A DNA stretch of 32,000 nt from an uncultured Opitutales bacterium (GTDB taxonomy: Bacteria; Verrucomicrobiota; Verrucomicrobiia; Opitutales; Intestinicryptomonadaceae). The stretch is taken from NCBI GenBank assembly GCA_934660865.1, contig CAKUIA010000010.1, positions 16,286-48,285 of the forward strand, given 5' to 3'. Shown piece by piece: positions 16,619-24,320 of the stretch. Under the pieces are notes generated by a model. The model worked only from the letters and a program-made list of their open reading frames with translations. It searched no databases and was not told the DNA's origin. Numbering within the stretch: the stretch's first letter is position 1; the number at the start of each line of letters is the position of its first letter. The translations under genes and the position numbers were made by a program.

Positions 16619-17817
16619 TACAAATTCCTCCAAAGCCCCTTTATTTTCGAGAACAAACCTTCGCCCGAATCCGAGGCGTTGCGGATTTCGTTTTCAAGCG
16701 CGTAGTCCAAGAGGCCCAGCGACGTTGCAAATTCGGGGTGGCAAAGCGAATGTTTTACCCACGAATTGAACTTGCCGGTTGTGCATTTTACGCCCAAAAC
16801 GCCCTCGGCAAGTTCGTTTATGCCCGTCAGGCGCGAAGTTCCGCCCGTTATTACAACGCTTTGTATGGTCGAGTCGAAAACCTCGCCAAGCTCGTCCCTT
16901 AGTATAAGGAAAAGCTCTTCGAGCCTTGCCCTTATTATTATGTTCATCGAGTTTAGCGATATTTTCCTGTCGCCTATTTGCTGGTCGCCTTTTGTCCAGA
17001 TAAATTGCGATTTTTCGTCTTCGCTTATTACCGCCTTGCCTATTTTGCATTTTAAAAGCTCGGCGTTTTTGTTGTAAAGCCTAAGGCCGTGCGCAAGGTC
17101 GTTTGTAATGTGGTCGCCTCCTACGGGAATGGTGCCGGCTATAACTATCCTTGAATTTTTGTACATTGCATAGTCGGTTGTGCCGCAGCCTATGTCTATA
17201 ACCAAAACCCCCTCCTTGCGCTGCTGCATGCTAGTTACCATTCTGGCCGACGCAATCGCCGAAAGCACAATGTCGTCTACCTCCATGCCGAAGCTGCGCA
17301 CAATGTGCACGGTGTTGGCAATGGCGTCGCAGTCGTCGTGCACAAGCCAAAATTCGGCGTCTATGCGCCTGGCCCGCTTGCCGACGGGGTCTTGGCAGTA
17401 TACGCCGTCTATGTAGTAGCCGCAGCAAATAAAATGTATAAAGGCCCTGTTTTCGGGCAATGTTTTGCTTTTTGCGTCTTCGCAGGCTCTGTCTACGTCT
17501 TCCTGCGTTACTATGTTGTTTGCGCTGCGCACGTTCGCATAGCCCATTGTGCGCATACCCTTTATCTGCGAGCCGCTAATGCCCACATATATCGACTTTG
17601 TTTTTATGCTCGTGTTCTTTTCGGCGTCTAAAATGGCCTCCTGCGCCAACTGCGACGCCTTTTTTAAGTCTACAATGTCGCCTTTTTTTACGCCAGCACT
17701 GGGTTTTTGCCCCATTCCTATAATGCTTAAAGACTCGCCGTCTACAATTTCCCCCACAAAAACCTGCATTTTCGAGGTTCCTATTTCGAGGGCTGCCACC
17801 ATTTTGCTGTCGTTCAT
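16618..17817 (-). CDS. ftsA: Cell division protein FtsA
   Basis: Actin-fold motifs 'VAALEIGTSKMQV', 'VIDIGCGTTDYAMY', 'VITGGTSRLTGINELAEGVLG'. C-terminal amphipathic 'GLFSKIKGLWRNL'. Flanked by ftsQ and the ftsZ-like gene. Confidence 0.92.
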   Translation of the reverse strand: MNDSKMVAALEIGTSKMQVFVGEIVDGESLSIIGMGQKPSAGVKKGDIVDLKKASQLAQEAILDAEKNTSIKTKSIYVGISGSQIKGMRTMGYANVRSANNIVTQEDVDRACEDAKSKTLPENRAFIHFICCGYYIDGVYCQDPVGKRARRIDAEFWLVHDDCDAIANTVHIVRSFGMEVDDIVLSAIASARMVTSMQQRKEGVLVIDIGCGTTDYAMYKNSRIVIAGTIPVGGDHITNDLAHGLRLYNKNAELLKCKIGKAVISEDEKSQFIWTKGDQQIGDRKISLNSMNIIIRARLEELFLILRDELGEVFDSTIQSVVITGGTSRLTGINELAEGVLGVKCTTGKFNSWVKHSLCHPEFATSLGLLDYALENEIRNASDSGEGLFSKIKGLWRNL

Positions 17818-17831
17818 ATAAAAAAATTATC

Positions 17832-18698
17832 CTATTTTCGCAATTTCATATCAGTACGGCCCTCAAGAGACAAGTCTATTTGCGAGCCCCTTACGGATTT
17901 GTCCTTTGCGTATCTTAAAACATACTCGAGCTTCGAAAGCTGCTTGTTAAAATCGCCCGCCAAAAATATTATCTTAACGTCCTCGTTTGTGTATACTTCA
18001 AGCAGCGGCGAAACTTTCGAGTGCAGGTCGCTTAAATCCACCCTTTGGTAGGTGTTGAAAACCGCGGGCAGCATTTTTTTTGTTTCCTCAAAAAGTTCGT
18101 TTACGGTTTTCGCCATTGGGTATGCCACATACCTTTGCCCCTGCTTTAAAATCTTTATGCCCGTAAGCTCTACAAGCGAGTCGATTTCCTCTACCTTGTA
18201 GCATATGGGCTCGAAAAATTCGCCGCCGGCCGACATAAGCAAAACGCCGTTGCTTGTGTTTACTTTGGCTATGGGTTTTTTCTCGGTTATGCAGATTTTT
18301 ATTTGGTCGGGGTAAACCCTTTCGGCCTTTGCCGAGTTTACCTGGTTTACGTTTTCGATTTTTCTCTTCAGCGAAATAAGGTCTATCTTGTCGATTGGCG
18401 TGGCCTTTTTTATGCCGAGGTATTCCCTTATCCATTTCGGGCTTATTTTGCCGTCCGGATTGTCTAAAAACAGCTTTTTTGCAACCTGGTTTTTGTTGTA
18501 TAAAATGTCGTCTACAAAGCCCGACTGCACCGCCTTGTATGCGCCAAAGACCAGGGCGGCCAGCAACAGCGCAAAGCCGCATATTTTGCAAAATATAGCA
18601 AACTTTCTGAATTTTGCCTCGAAAGACAGGGGGGCTTTTTTCGAGCTTTTGCTTTTGCCTATGTCCTTCCAGGTTTTAGACTTTTGTTTTGTCGCCAT
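17832..18698 (-). CDS. ftsQ: Cell division protein FtsQ/DivIB (POTRA domain)
   Basis: Basic cytoplasmic tail, one TM helix ('FAIFCKICGFALLLAALVFGAY'), then a POTRA-like region ('IREYLGIKKATPIDKIDLISLKRKIENVNQVNSAKAERVYPDQIKICITEKKP'). Position is between ddl and ftsA. The ATG at 18698 makes a TAATG overlap with the ddl stop; the listed longer start 18746 is GTG. Confidence 0.75.
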   Translation of the reverse strand: MATKQKSKTWKDIGKSKSSKKAPLSFEAKFRKFAIFCKICGFALLLAALVFGAYKAVQSGFVDDILYNKNQVAKKLFLDNPDGKISPKWIREYLGIKKATPIDKIDLISLKRKIENVNQVNSAKAERVYPDQIKICITEKKPIAKVNTSNGVLLMSAGGEFFEPICYKVEEIDSLVELTGIKILKQGQRYVAYPMAKTVNELFEETKKMLPAVFNTYQRVDLSDLHSKVSPLLEVYTNEDVKIIFLAGDFNKQLSKLEYVLRYAKDKSVRGSQIDLSLEGRTDMKLRK

Positions 18699-19612
18699 TA
18701 GCAGTTTAAAAACCTTTGTATTGCGGGTTTTACCATTTCGTTGCACAGGTCGTCAAAACTTAAACCCATGCACGACGCGCTTTTGGGCAGCAGGCTTGTG
18801 GGCGTCATTCCCGGAAGCGTGTTTATTTCAAGCGCTATAAAAGAAGTTTCGCCCAAAATAAAGTCCACCCTGCAAAAGTCCCGACAGCCGCATGCCGCAT
18901 AGGCGCGCTCGGCTGCGGTCTGTATTTTTACGGTATTTTCGTCGCCTATTTTGGCGGGAAATTCGTACTTTGTAGAGCCCGCCGTATACTTGCGCTTAAA
19001 GTCGTATACGCCGCCTTCGGGCTTTATTTCCACAATGCCCATTGCGCGGCCGTTTAAAACGCCAACCGACAATTCGCGCCCCTTAAAAAAGCTTTCGGCC
19101 ATCCATTGCCCCTTGTCCAAATCCGTTAGGGCCTTGTCGGTTTCGGCCGCGCCCTCTGGGCATTTTAGCCCGACGCTTGAGCCTTTGTCGGCTGGTTTGA
19201 TAACCGTTTTGTTTCCCAAAATTTCGACAAGGCTTGCCCCCGAAATTTTGTCGGAGGAATCGAACAAAATTTCCCTTGCCGTATTTATGTTTGCCGAGCG
19301 CATAAGCGCCTTTGCGGCGGGTTTAACCATGCAAACTAAGCTCGACAAACTGCCGCAGCCTGCAAACGCAATGCCCGCACTTTCCAAGTCGCGCTGAAGC
19401 CCGCCGTTTTCGCCGTAGTCGCCGTGCATTACGGGCATTACAACGTAGTTTTTTTTGTCCAGCTTTTCGGGCAGTTTATTTTCGGCAAGCTCGAATTTTT
19501 CCACATCGTAGAATTTTTCGAGAGCCTTTGCCACATAGTTGCCGCTTACAAGCGAAACGTCTCTTTCGGGCGAAATTCCGCCGCAAAGCACGGCCAATTT
19601 AAAACTTTTCAT
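18698..19612 (-). CDS. ddl: D-alanine--D-alanine ligase
   Basis: 'KLAVLCGGISPERDVSLVSG', 'VMPVMHGDYGENGGLQRDLESAGIAFAGCG', ATP-grasp C-terminus 'RVDFILGE...ALEINTLPGMT'. ATGA overlap with murC. Confidence 0.92.
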   Translation of the reverse strand: MKSFKLAVLCGGISPERDVSLVSGNYVAKALEKFYDVEKFELAENKLPEKLDKKNYVVMPVMHGDYGENGGLQRDLESAGIAFAGCGSLSSLVCMVKPAAKALMRSANINTAREILFDSSDKISGASLVEILGNKTVIKPADKGSSVGLKCPEGAAETDKALTDLDKGQWMAESFFKGRELSVGVLNGRAMGIVEIKPEGGVYDFKRKYTAGSTKYEFPAKIGDENTVKIQTAAERAYAACGCRDFCRVDFILGETSFIALEINTLPGMTPTSLLPKSASCMGLSFDDLCNEMVKPAIQRFLNC

Positions 19613-20829
19613 TTTTCTGATATAAACTCCTTTGCCTTAAAATAAATGTCTCCCGCTCCCACAAAAGCCGCCGTATATTTTTTGCCGCCTGTCTTTAGCG
19701 ATTCGACGGTTTTCTGCATGTCCGAAAATTCCACCTTTTTTAGCAGTTGCGAATTTTGCGTTATTTTGTCGGAAGTTCCAAGCTCGTCGAACCTTTCGCT
19801 TGCCGCATAAACGGGCAAAACGTAGACGCTGTTGCCGAGTTTTGCAAAATCCTCCAATATTTGCGCAAAGGTTTTTGCAAAGCGTTTTGTTCTGGAATAT
19901 CTGTGCGGCTGGAAAAATAGAATGCTTTTGTTGCCGTATTTTTTGCCGAACCACTTTAGGAAGGCTTTAACCTCGTTGGGGTGGTGCGCGTAGTCGGCCA
20001 TAGCAAAAATGTGCGGGGTGTTGCACAAAACTTCCTGCCTGCGGTATGTGCCTTCGAAGGTGTCCAACACGCCGCAGTCCAAATTTTGCCCGAAAACGCT
20101 CTTTAGCGCGCACTGCGCCATAAGCGTGTTTATTGTCGAAAAGTCGGCATCGGGCCGAATTTGCACAATCTCGAAATTTTTGCCCGAGGCTTTTGCCAAT
20201 TCGCACAATGTTTCGTCGCAGCTTGGCACTATTATCTTTTGCTTTGTCCTTTCAAAAAGCCTGCAAAACATATTTTTAAGCTCGTCGGCGTTTTTGTAGG
20301 TGTCGGTGTGGTCTAAATCGTAGTTTAGCGCAACGCAAATTTCGGGCGAAAAGTTTTCTATTGTAGCGTCGCTTTCGTCTATCTCCGAAAATATGTATTC
20401 GCCGTCTTTGCAGAATTTTGCGGGGGCGTAGTGCTCCGACAGGGCGCCGACCATGTAGCCCGCATTTAGCGCAAGTTTGTTTATCGCGTGCGCGCAAAGA
20501 TTGCTTACCGTGCTTTTGCCGTGGCTGCCCGTTATGGCTACAAGCTTTCGGGTTTTGCAAAAGTCGGCAAAGCAAACGCCGCGCCTTTGCGTTTTTGCCG
20601 CGCTTTTCAAATTGCGGCCGCAAAGGGCCGTGCTTATTACGAACAAGTCGGGCCTAACGTTTTCGTCGAAAGAGCTTTTACAGTCTATGCCGAATTTTTG
20701 CAGAAGCTTTTTTACGCGAATGTCGGCGTTGTCGTCGAAGCCGAAAACCGTGTTGTTGCCGGCCTTAAGCAGAATGGCCAAAGGCGCCATTCCCATTCCG
20801 CAAATGCCTCCCATGTACACTACGCCCAT
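19609..20829 (-). CDS. murC: UDP-N-acetylmuramate--L-alanine ligase, compact at 406 aa
   Basis: 'GGICGMGMAPLAILL', P-loop 'VAITGSHGKSTVSN', 'DYAHHPNEV'. Position is between murG and ddl. An Mpl-type ligase cannot be excluded by eye, but the context favours MurC. Confidence 0.85.
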   Translation of the reverse strand: MGVVYMGGICGMGMAPLAILLKAGNNTVFGFDDNADIRVKKLLQKFGIDCKSSFDENVRPDLFVISTALCGRNLKSAAKTQRRGVCFADFCKTRKLVAITGSHGKSTVSNLCAHAINKLALNAGYMVGALSEHYAPAKFCKDGEYIFSEIDESDATIENFSPEICVALNYDLDHTDTYKNADELKNMFCRLFERTKQKIIVPSCDETLCELAKASGKNFEIVQIRPDADFSTINTLMAQCALKSVFGQNLDCGVLDTFEGTYRRQEVLCNTPHIFAMADYAHHPNEVKAFLKWFGKKYGNKSILFFQPHRYSRTKRFAKTFAQILEDFAKLGNSVYVLPVYAASERFDELGTSDKITQNSQLLKKVEFSDMQKTVESLKTGGKKYTAAFVGAGDIYFKAKEFISEK

Positions 20830-20837
20830 TTTTCGCT

Positions 20838-21926
20838 TTAAGCCTCCGCCAGCTTTTCTATGTCGGCAACCATTTCGGAAATGTCGTTCATGGCGTCTAT
20901 CCTTGCAAGATTTTTTGCCATGCGCTCCTTTAAAGCGTCGTTGAAAAACAGTTCCTTTACGTTGTCGAAAAGTTTGTCTATGTCGCTTTGCTGTATAAGC
21001 AGGCCGCCGCCGCAGCGCTCTACAAGCTTTGCGTTTTCAAATTGGTGGTTGTCGGCCGAAGTGGGCAAGGGCACCAAGACGGGCACGCAGCCGCACCTGG
21101 CAAATTCGGCAATGGAGCCCGCGCCCGCGCGCGCAACAACCATGTCGCAGCACGAAAGCGCATACGCCATATTGTCGCAAAACATAATCCTTTTTATTTT
21201 AACATGACCGCCGTTTTTTGCGGGCAAAACCTTTTCGTTTTCAACGCCGAATTTTGCGCCGCAAATGCACAATACCGAAATTCCGTTTTCGGCAAAAAGA
21301 CTTTCGTTTTTTGCAAGCCAGTCGTTAAGCGCAAAGGCCCCCTGGCTGCCGCCGAACACAAGCAAAACCCTGTCGCTTTCGGCGAAGCCGAAAAATTCTT
21401 TTGCTTCGGTTTTCGGCACGCGTTTTATTTCGGGGCGAACGGGGTAGCCTGCATATTTTACAACGTCGGGCTTAAAGCGCTCCATGCTGGTTCCGTGTGG
21501 AATGTATATTCTGTCGGCAAACACGCCTAAAAAGCGCACGGCCTTGCCTATTTTCATGTTGGCCTCGTGCAATACAAGGCGGCGTTTAAGTATTTTTGCG
21601 GCAAGGGCAACCCCAAGCGAATTAAAGCCGCCGAACGCTATGGCGGTGTTGCAGTTAAACTTTTTTAAAAGCTTAAGCGAAGCAAAAAGCCCCGAAGTTT
21701 GCATGTAGGCAAAAGTCAGCGCCTTTTTGGGGTTAAGCGAAAAGGGCGCGCCCGAAATCTTTACAAAGTCGCATTCCGGGTATTTTTCGACAAGGGTGGA
21801 ATCTACCTGTTTTTTGCTTATGGCAAAAACCACCTTGTGCCCCTTGTTTATCAAAGCCTTGCCTATTGCGATTCCGGGCGCCAAATGCCCTCCCGTTCCG
21901 CCGCAGGATATCACGAAATTACTCAT
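20838..21926 (-). CDS. murG: UDP-GlcNAc:lipid I N-acetylglucosaminyltransferase
   Basis: 'ISCGGTGGHLAPGIAIGKAL', 'VFGGSQGA', 'ARAGAGSIAEF', 'NHQFENA'. Confidence 0.93.
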   Translation of the reverse strand: MSNFVISCGGTGGHLAPGIAIGKALINKGHKVVFAISKKQVDSTLVEKYPECDFVKISGAPFSLNPKKALTFAYMQTSGLFASLKLLKKFNCNTAIAFGGFNSLGVALAAKILKRRLVLHEANMKIGKAVRFLGVFADRIYIPHGTSMERFKPDVVKYAGYPVRPEIKRVPKTEAKEFFGFAESDRVLLVFGGSQGAFALNDWLAKNESLFAENGISVLCICGAKFGVENEKVLPAKNGGHVKIKRIMFCDNMAYALSCCDMVVARAGAGSIAEFARCGCVPVLVPLPTSADNHQFENAKLVERCGGGLLIQQSDIDKLFDNVKELFFNDALKERMAKNLARIDAMNDISEMVADIEKLAEA

Positions 21927-23059
21927 AGCAGTGTAGCCTTTATTTTAATGGGTTTGTTCCACGAGCGCAGGCAGTTTACAAGCAGCCCCGCAAAAACGAA
22001 CATCGCCACAAGGTTCGAGCCTCCGTAGCTTAAAAACGGAAGCGAAATTCCCTTTGTAGGGAACATTCCCGTAACGACACCCATATTGAAAATGGATTGC
22101 AGTGTTATCATAAGCATGGAGCCCGCGGCTATGTACAGCTCGAAAATATTAGGGGCTTTTTTTAGCCTGGAAACGACAATCAAAAACATTGCTAAAAAGG
22201 CGGCCACAACCAAAAGGGTAAACACAAGGCCGAGCTCTTCGCCCACTATGGCAAAGATAAAGTCGGTGTGCGCTTCGGGCAAAAAGAACTGCTGTTGGCG
22301 GCCCTGGCCTAAGCCCGCGCCGTCTACGCCGCCCGCACCGAAGCCCAATATTGCCTGGTAAAGCTGGTATGCGCCGTCTAGCTTGTTGTTTTCCAAATCC
22401 AAATAGCTTGTAAGCCTTGCCCAGCGCACGGGGTCGAAATAGACCAAAGTTAAAATGCCCGCAACGCCCACTATGAAAATTGCGATTATATACAAAAACT
22501 TTGTGCCCGCCAAAAATATCATGCTAAGCGACACAATGGCACACAGCGTTGCCGTGCCGAAATCGGGCTCGATTATTATGAGAAAAAAGAAAAGGCCTGC
22601 AATGGCCATAGGGTATGCAAAGCCCTTCAAAAAGGTTTTCATATACCTTTGGTTGTTTTGCAAATACCAGGCCATCAGCACGACAAGCGCAATCTTGCCT
22701 ATATCGCTGGGTTGGAATGTAATGGGGCCTATTTCTATCCAGCGGCGCGCGCCGTTTACAACCTTGCCTACGTGCGGAATGGCCACTGCAATAAGCGTTA
22801 AAACCGAAAATACGCCGAAGTGCAGGGCGTATTTTTTTAAGAGGTTTAGATTTATGAAAGCCGCCGCCGTTCCTATTAAAGTGGCAATTACAAGCCAAGT
22901 TGCCTGCTTTTTAAAGAACACCAGCGAATCTTCCTTTGCCGACCCCGCGCTTATAAGGATAACCAAGCCCAAAGTGGTAAGGAAGATTACGAAAAGCAAA
23001 AACAACAGCCACGACGGAATTGGAGGCTTACCCTCGGTCTTTTGTTTTTCTCTTCTCAT
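21923..23059 (-). CDS. ftsW: SEDS-family peptidoglycan glycosyltransferase / cell division protein FtsW
   Basis: About ten TM segments. 'RWIEIGPITFQPSDIGK', 'FLPEAHTDFIFAIVGEELG', 'PTKGISLPFLSYGGSN'. ATGA overlap with murG. Confidence 0.9.
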   Translation of the reverse strand: MRREKQKTEGKPPIPSWLLFLLFVIFLTTLGLVILISAGSAKEDSLVFFKKQATWLVIATLIGTAAAFINLNLLKKYALHFGVFSVLTLIAVAIPHVGKVVNGARRWIEIGPITFQPSDIGKIALVVLMAWYLQNNQRYMKTFLKGFAYPMAIAGLFFFLIIIEPDFGTATLCAIVSLSMIFLAGTKFLYIIAIFIVGVAGILTLVYFDPVRWARLTSYLDLENNKLDGAYQLYQAILGFGAGGVDGAGLGQGRQQQFFLPEAHTDFIFAIVGEELGLVFTLLVVAAFLAMFLIVVSRLKKAPNIFELYIAAGSMLMITLQSIFNMGVVTGMFPTKGISLPFLSYGGSNLVAMFVFAGLLVNCLRSWNKPIKIKATLL

Positions 23060-23090
23060 TTCAAATGTATGGGTGCTTTCTTTTTTTAGA

Positions 23091-24293
23091 TTATATTTCT
23101 ATAACTTCGTCTTCGCCGGCTTTTTGTTCGGGGGCGGGAGCCGCCTGCTGAACCTGCACGGGTTGTGCGGGCTGTGCGGGTTGTGTTTGTACGGGCTTGG
23201 GCTGTTCTACAGCCTTGTTTTCGACGGGAGCTATTGCCTGCGCCTTTTGTTCGGGGGCGGGAGCGGTCTTCTGAACCTGTACGGGTTGTTGTGCCTGTAT
23301 CTGCTTGGGTTGTTCTTTTTCTTCGGCTTTTACCCTTATTTTTACCGCTTGGCCGATTTTAAGCCTTTTGGGGTTAATGGAGGGGTTAAGCTTTTCTATC
23401 TGCGAAAGGCTAACCTTGTTTTTTCTGGCTATTGCGCCCAAAGTGTCGCCCTTTTGAACTTTGTATACTTCGAAATTGCCCGAAACTTCGCTTTTGGCGG
23501 CTACGCTTTGCGGTTTTGCCGAAGCTGATTTTTCCGATTTTGTTTCGGAGGCCGTCTTGCCCGACTTTTCAAGCGTAAGGGTTTGGCCTACGCGGATAAT
23601 GTCGTTCTTTAAGTTGTTTAGGGCCTTTATTTGCGAAACGGTTGTATTGTGGCGCTTTGCGATTTTGCCGAGAAAGTCGCCTTTTTGCACCTTGTATTTT
23701 ATGGTGTCGGTGCCTACGCTTTCAACCGAAGCCATTGCTTGCGCTTTGGGGGCGGCTTGGTTTACCACTTCGTCGGAGTCTTTTACGGGAACGATAAGCT
23801 CCTGACCGACTTTTATTGTGGGGCTGCTTAAGCTGTTTAGGCTTTTTATTTTCGAAACTGTTGTAGAAAACTTCCTTGCGATTTTGCCGAGCGAGTCGCC
23901 CTTGGCTACCGTATACATTTTCGTGTTTTCGGGCAGCTGCTTTTCGCTTTTCGCCGTAAGGGTAGAGGGCGCAATCAAGCCTTCGTTTGCCTGCGCTTTG
24001 GGAGAAAGTGTAGACGGCTCGCTTTCGACTATAACGGGCTTGTTTTTGCCGTTGTCCATCGACCAAACGGGTCTTGTTGGGTTTGCCCTTAGCGCCGAGC
24101 TGCCCTCGGGGGCTTCTTCCTGGACGGGGGTGTTTGCCTCAACCTTTTCTTCGTTTGCGGGAACTATTTCGGCGTTAACGTCTTTTTCGGTTTTTTGCTC
24201 GCTTGCCGAGTTGCAGCCCGACTGTGCGAATATAAGCAAGCCTACCGCAATATGCAGGGCGGCAATGGCCGTTATTGTAAGTGAGTTTTTCAT
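23091..24293 (-). CDS. Lipoprotein with three LysM peptidoglycan-binding domains and a repetitive Pro/Gln/Ala-rich C-terminal tail
   Basis: Signal peptide plus lipobox 'LLIFAQSGC'. Three LysM units: 'YTVAKGDSLGKIARKFSTTVSKIKSLNSL...VGQELIVP', 'YKVQKGDFLGKIAKRHNTTVSQIKALNNL...VGQTLTL', 'YKVQKGDTLGAIARKNKVSLSQIEKLNP...IGQAVKI'. Tail 'PVQVQKTAPAPEQKA...PVQVQQAAPAPEQKA'. Confidence 0.85.
   Translation of the reverse strand: MKNSLTITAIAALHIAVGLLIFAQSGCNSASEQKTEKDVNAEIVPANEEKVEANTPVQEEAPEGSSALRANPTRPVWSMDNGKNKPVIVESEPSTLSPKAQANEGLIAPSTLTAKSEKQLPENTKMYTVAKGDSLGKIARKFSTTVSKIKSLNSLSSPTIKVGQELIVPVKDSDEVVNQAAPKAQAMASVESVGTDTIKYKVQKGDFLGKIAKRHNTTVSQIKALNNLKNDIIRVGQTLTLEKSGKTASETKSEKSASAKPQSVAAKSEVSGNFEVYKVQKGDTLGAIARKNKVSLSQIEKLNPSINPKRLKIGQAVKIRVKAEEKEQPKQIQAQQPVQVQKTAPAPEQKAQAIAPVENKAVEQPKPVQTQPAQPAQPVQVQQAAPAPEQKAGEDEVIEI
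23122..23289 (-). repeat. In-frame internal duplication and a 9-bp tandem repeat in the 3' end of the LysM gene
   Basis: A 45-bp segment TTTTGTTCGGGGGCGGGAGC...CTGAACCTG.ACGGGTTGT occurs at 23122-23166 and again at 23245-23289. The offset is 123 bp (41 codons); 41 of 45 positions match. Between them are three 9-bp units, GGGTTGTGC/GGGCTGTGC/GGGTTGTGT (23160-23186), encoding TQP-AQP-AQP. Confidence 0.65.
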
Positions 24294-24320
24294 AGTGTGG
24301 TTATCCTTTATATATTGAAA

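Noticed and set aside
22455-23528. A 357-aa plus-strand ORF spanning the ftsW start and the LysM gene end.
   Set aside because: It is antisense to two well-supported genes and crosses their intergenic gap. Its product is low complexity (the 'GLCGLCGLCLYGLGLF' region mirrors the Pro/Gln repeat). There is no independent support.
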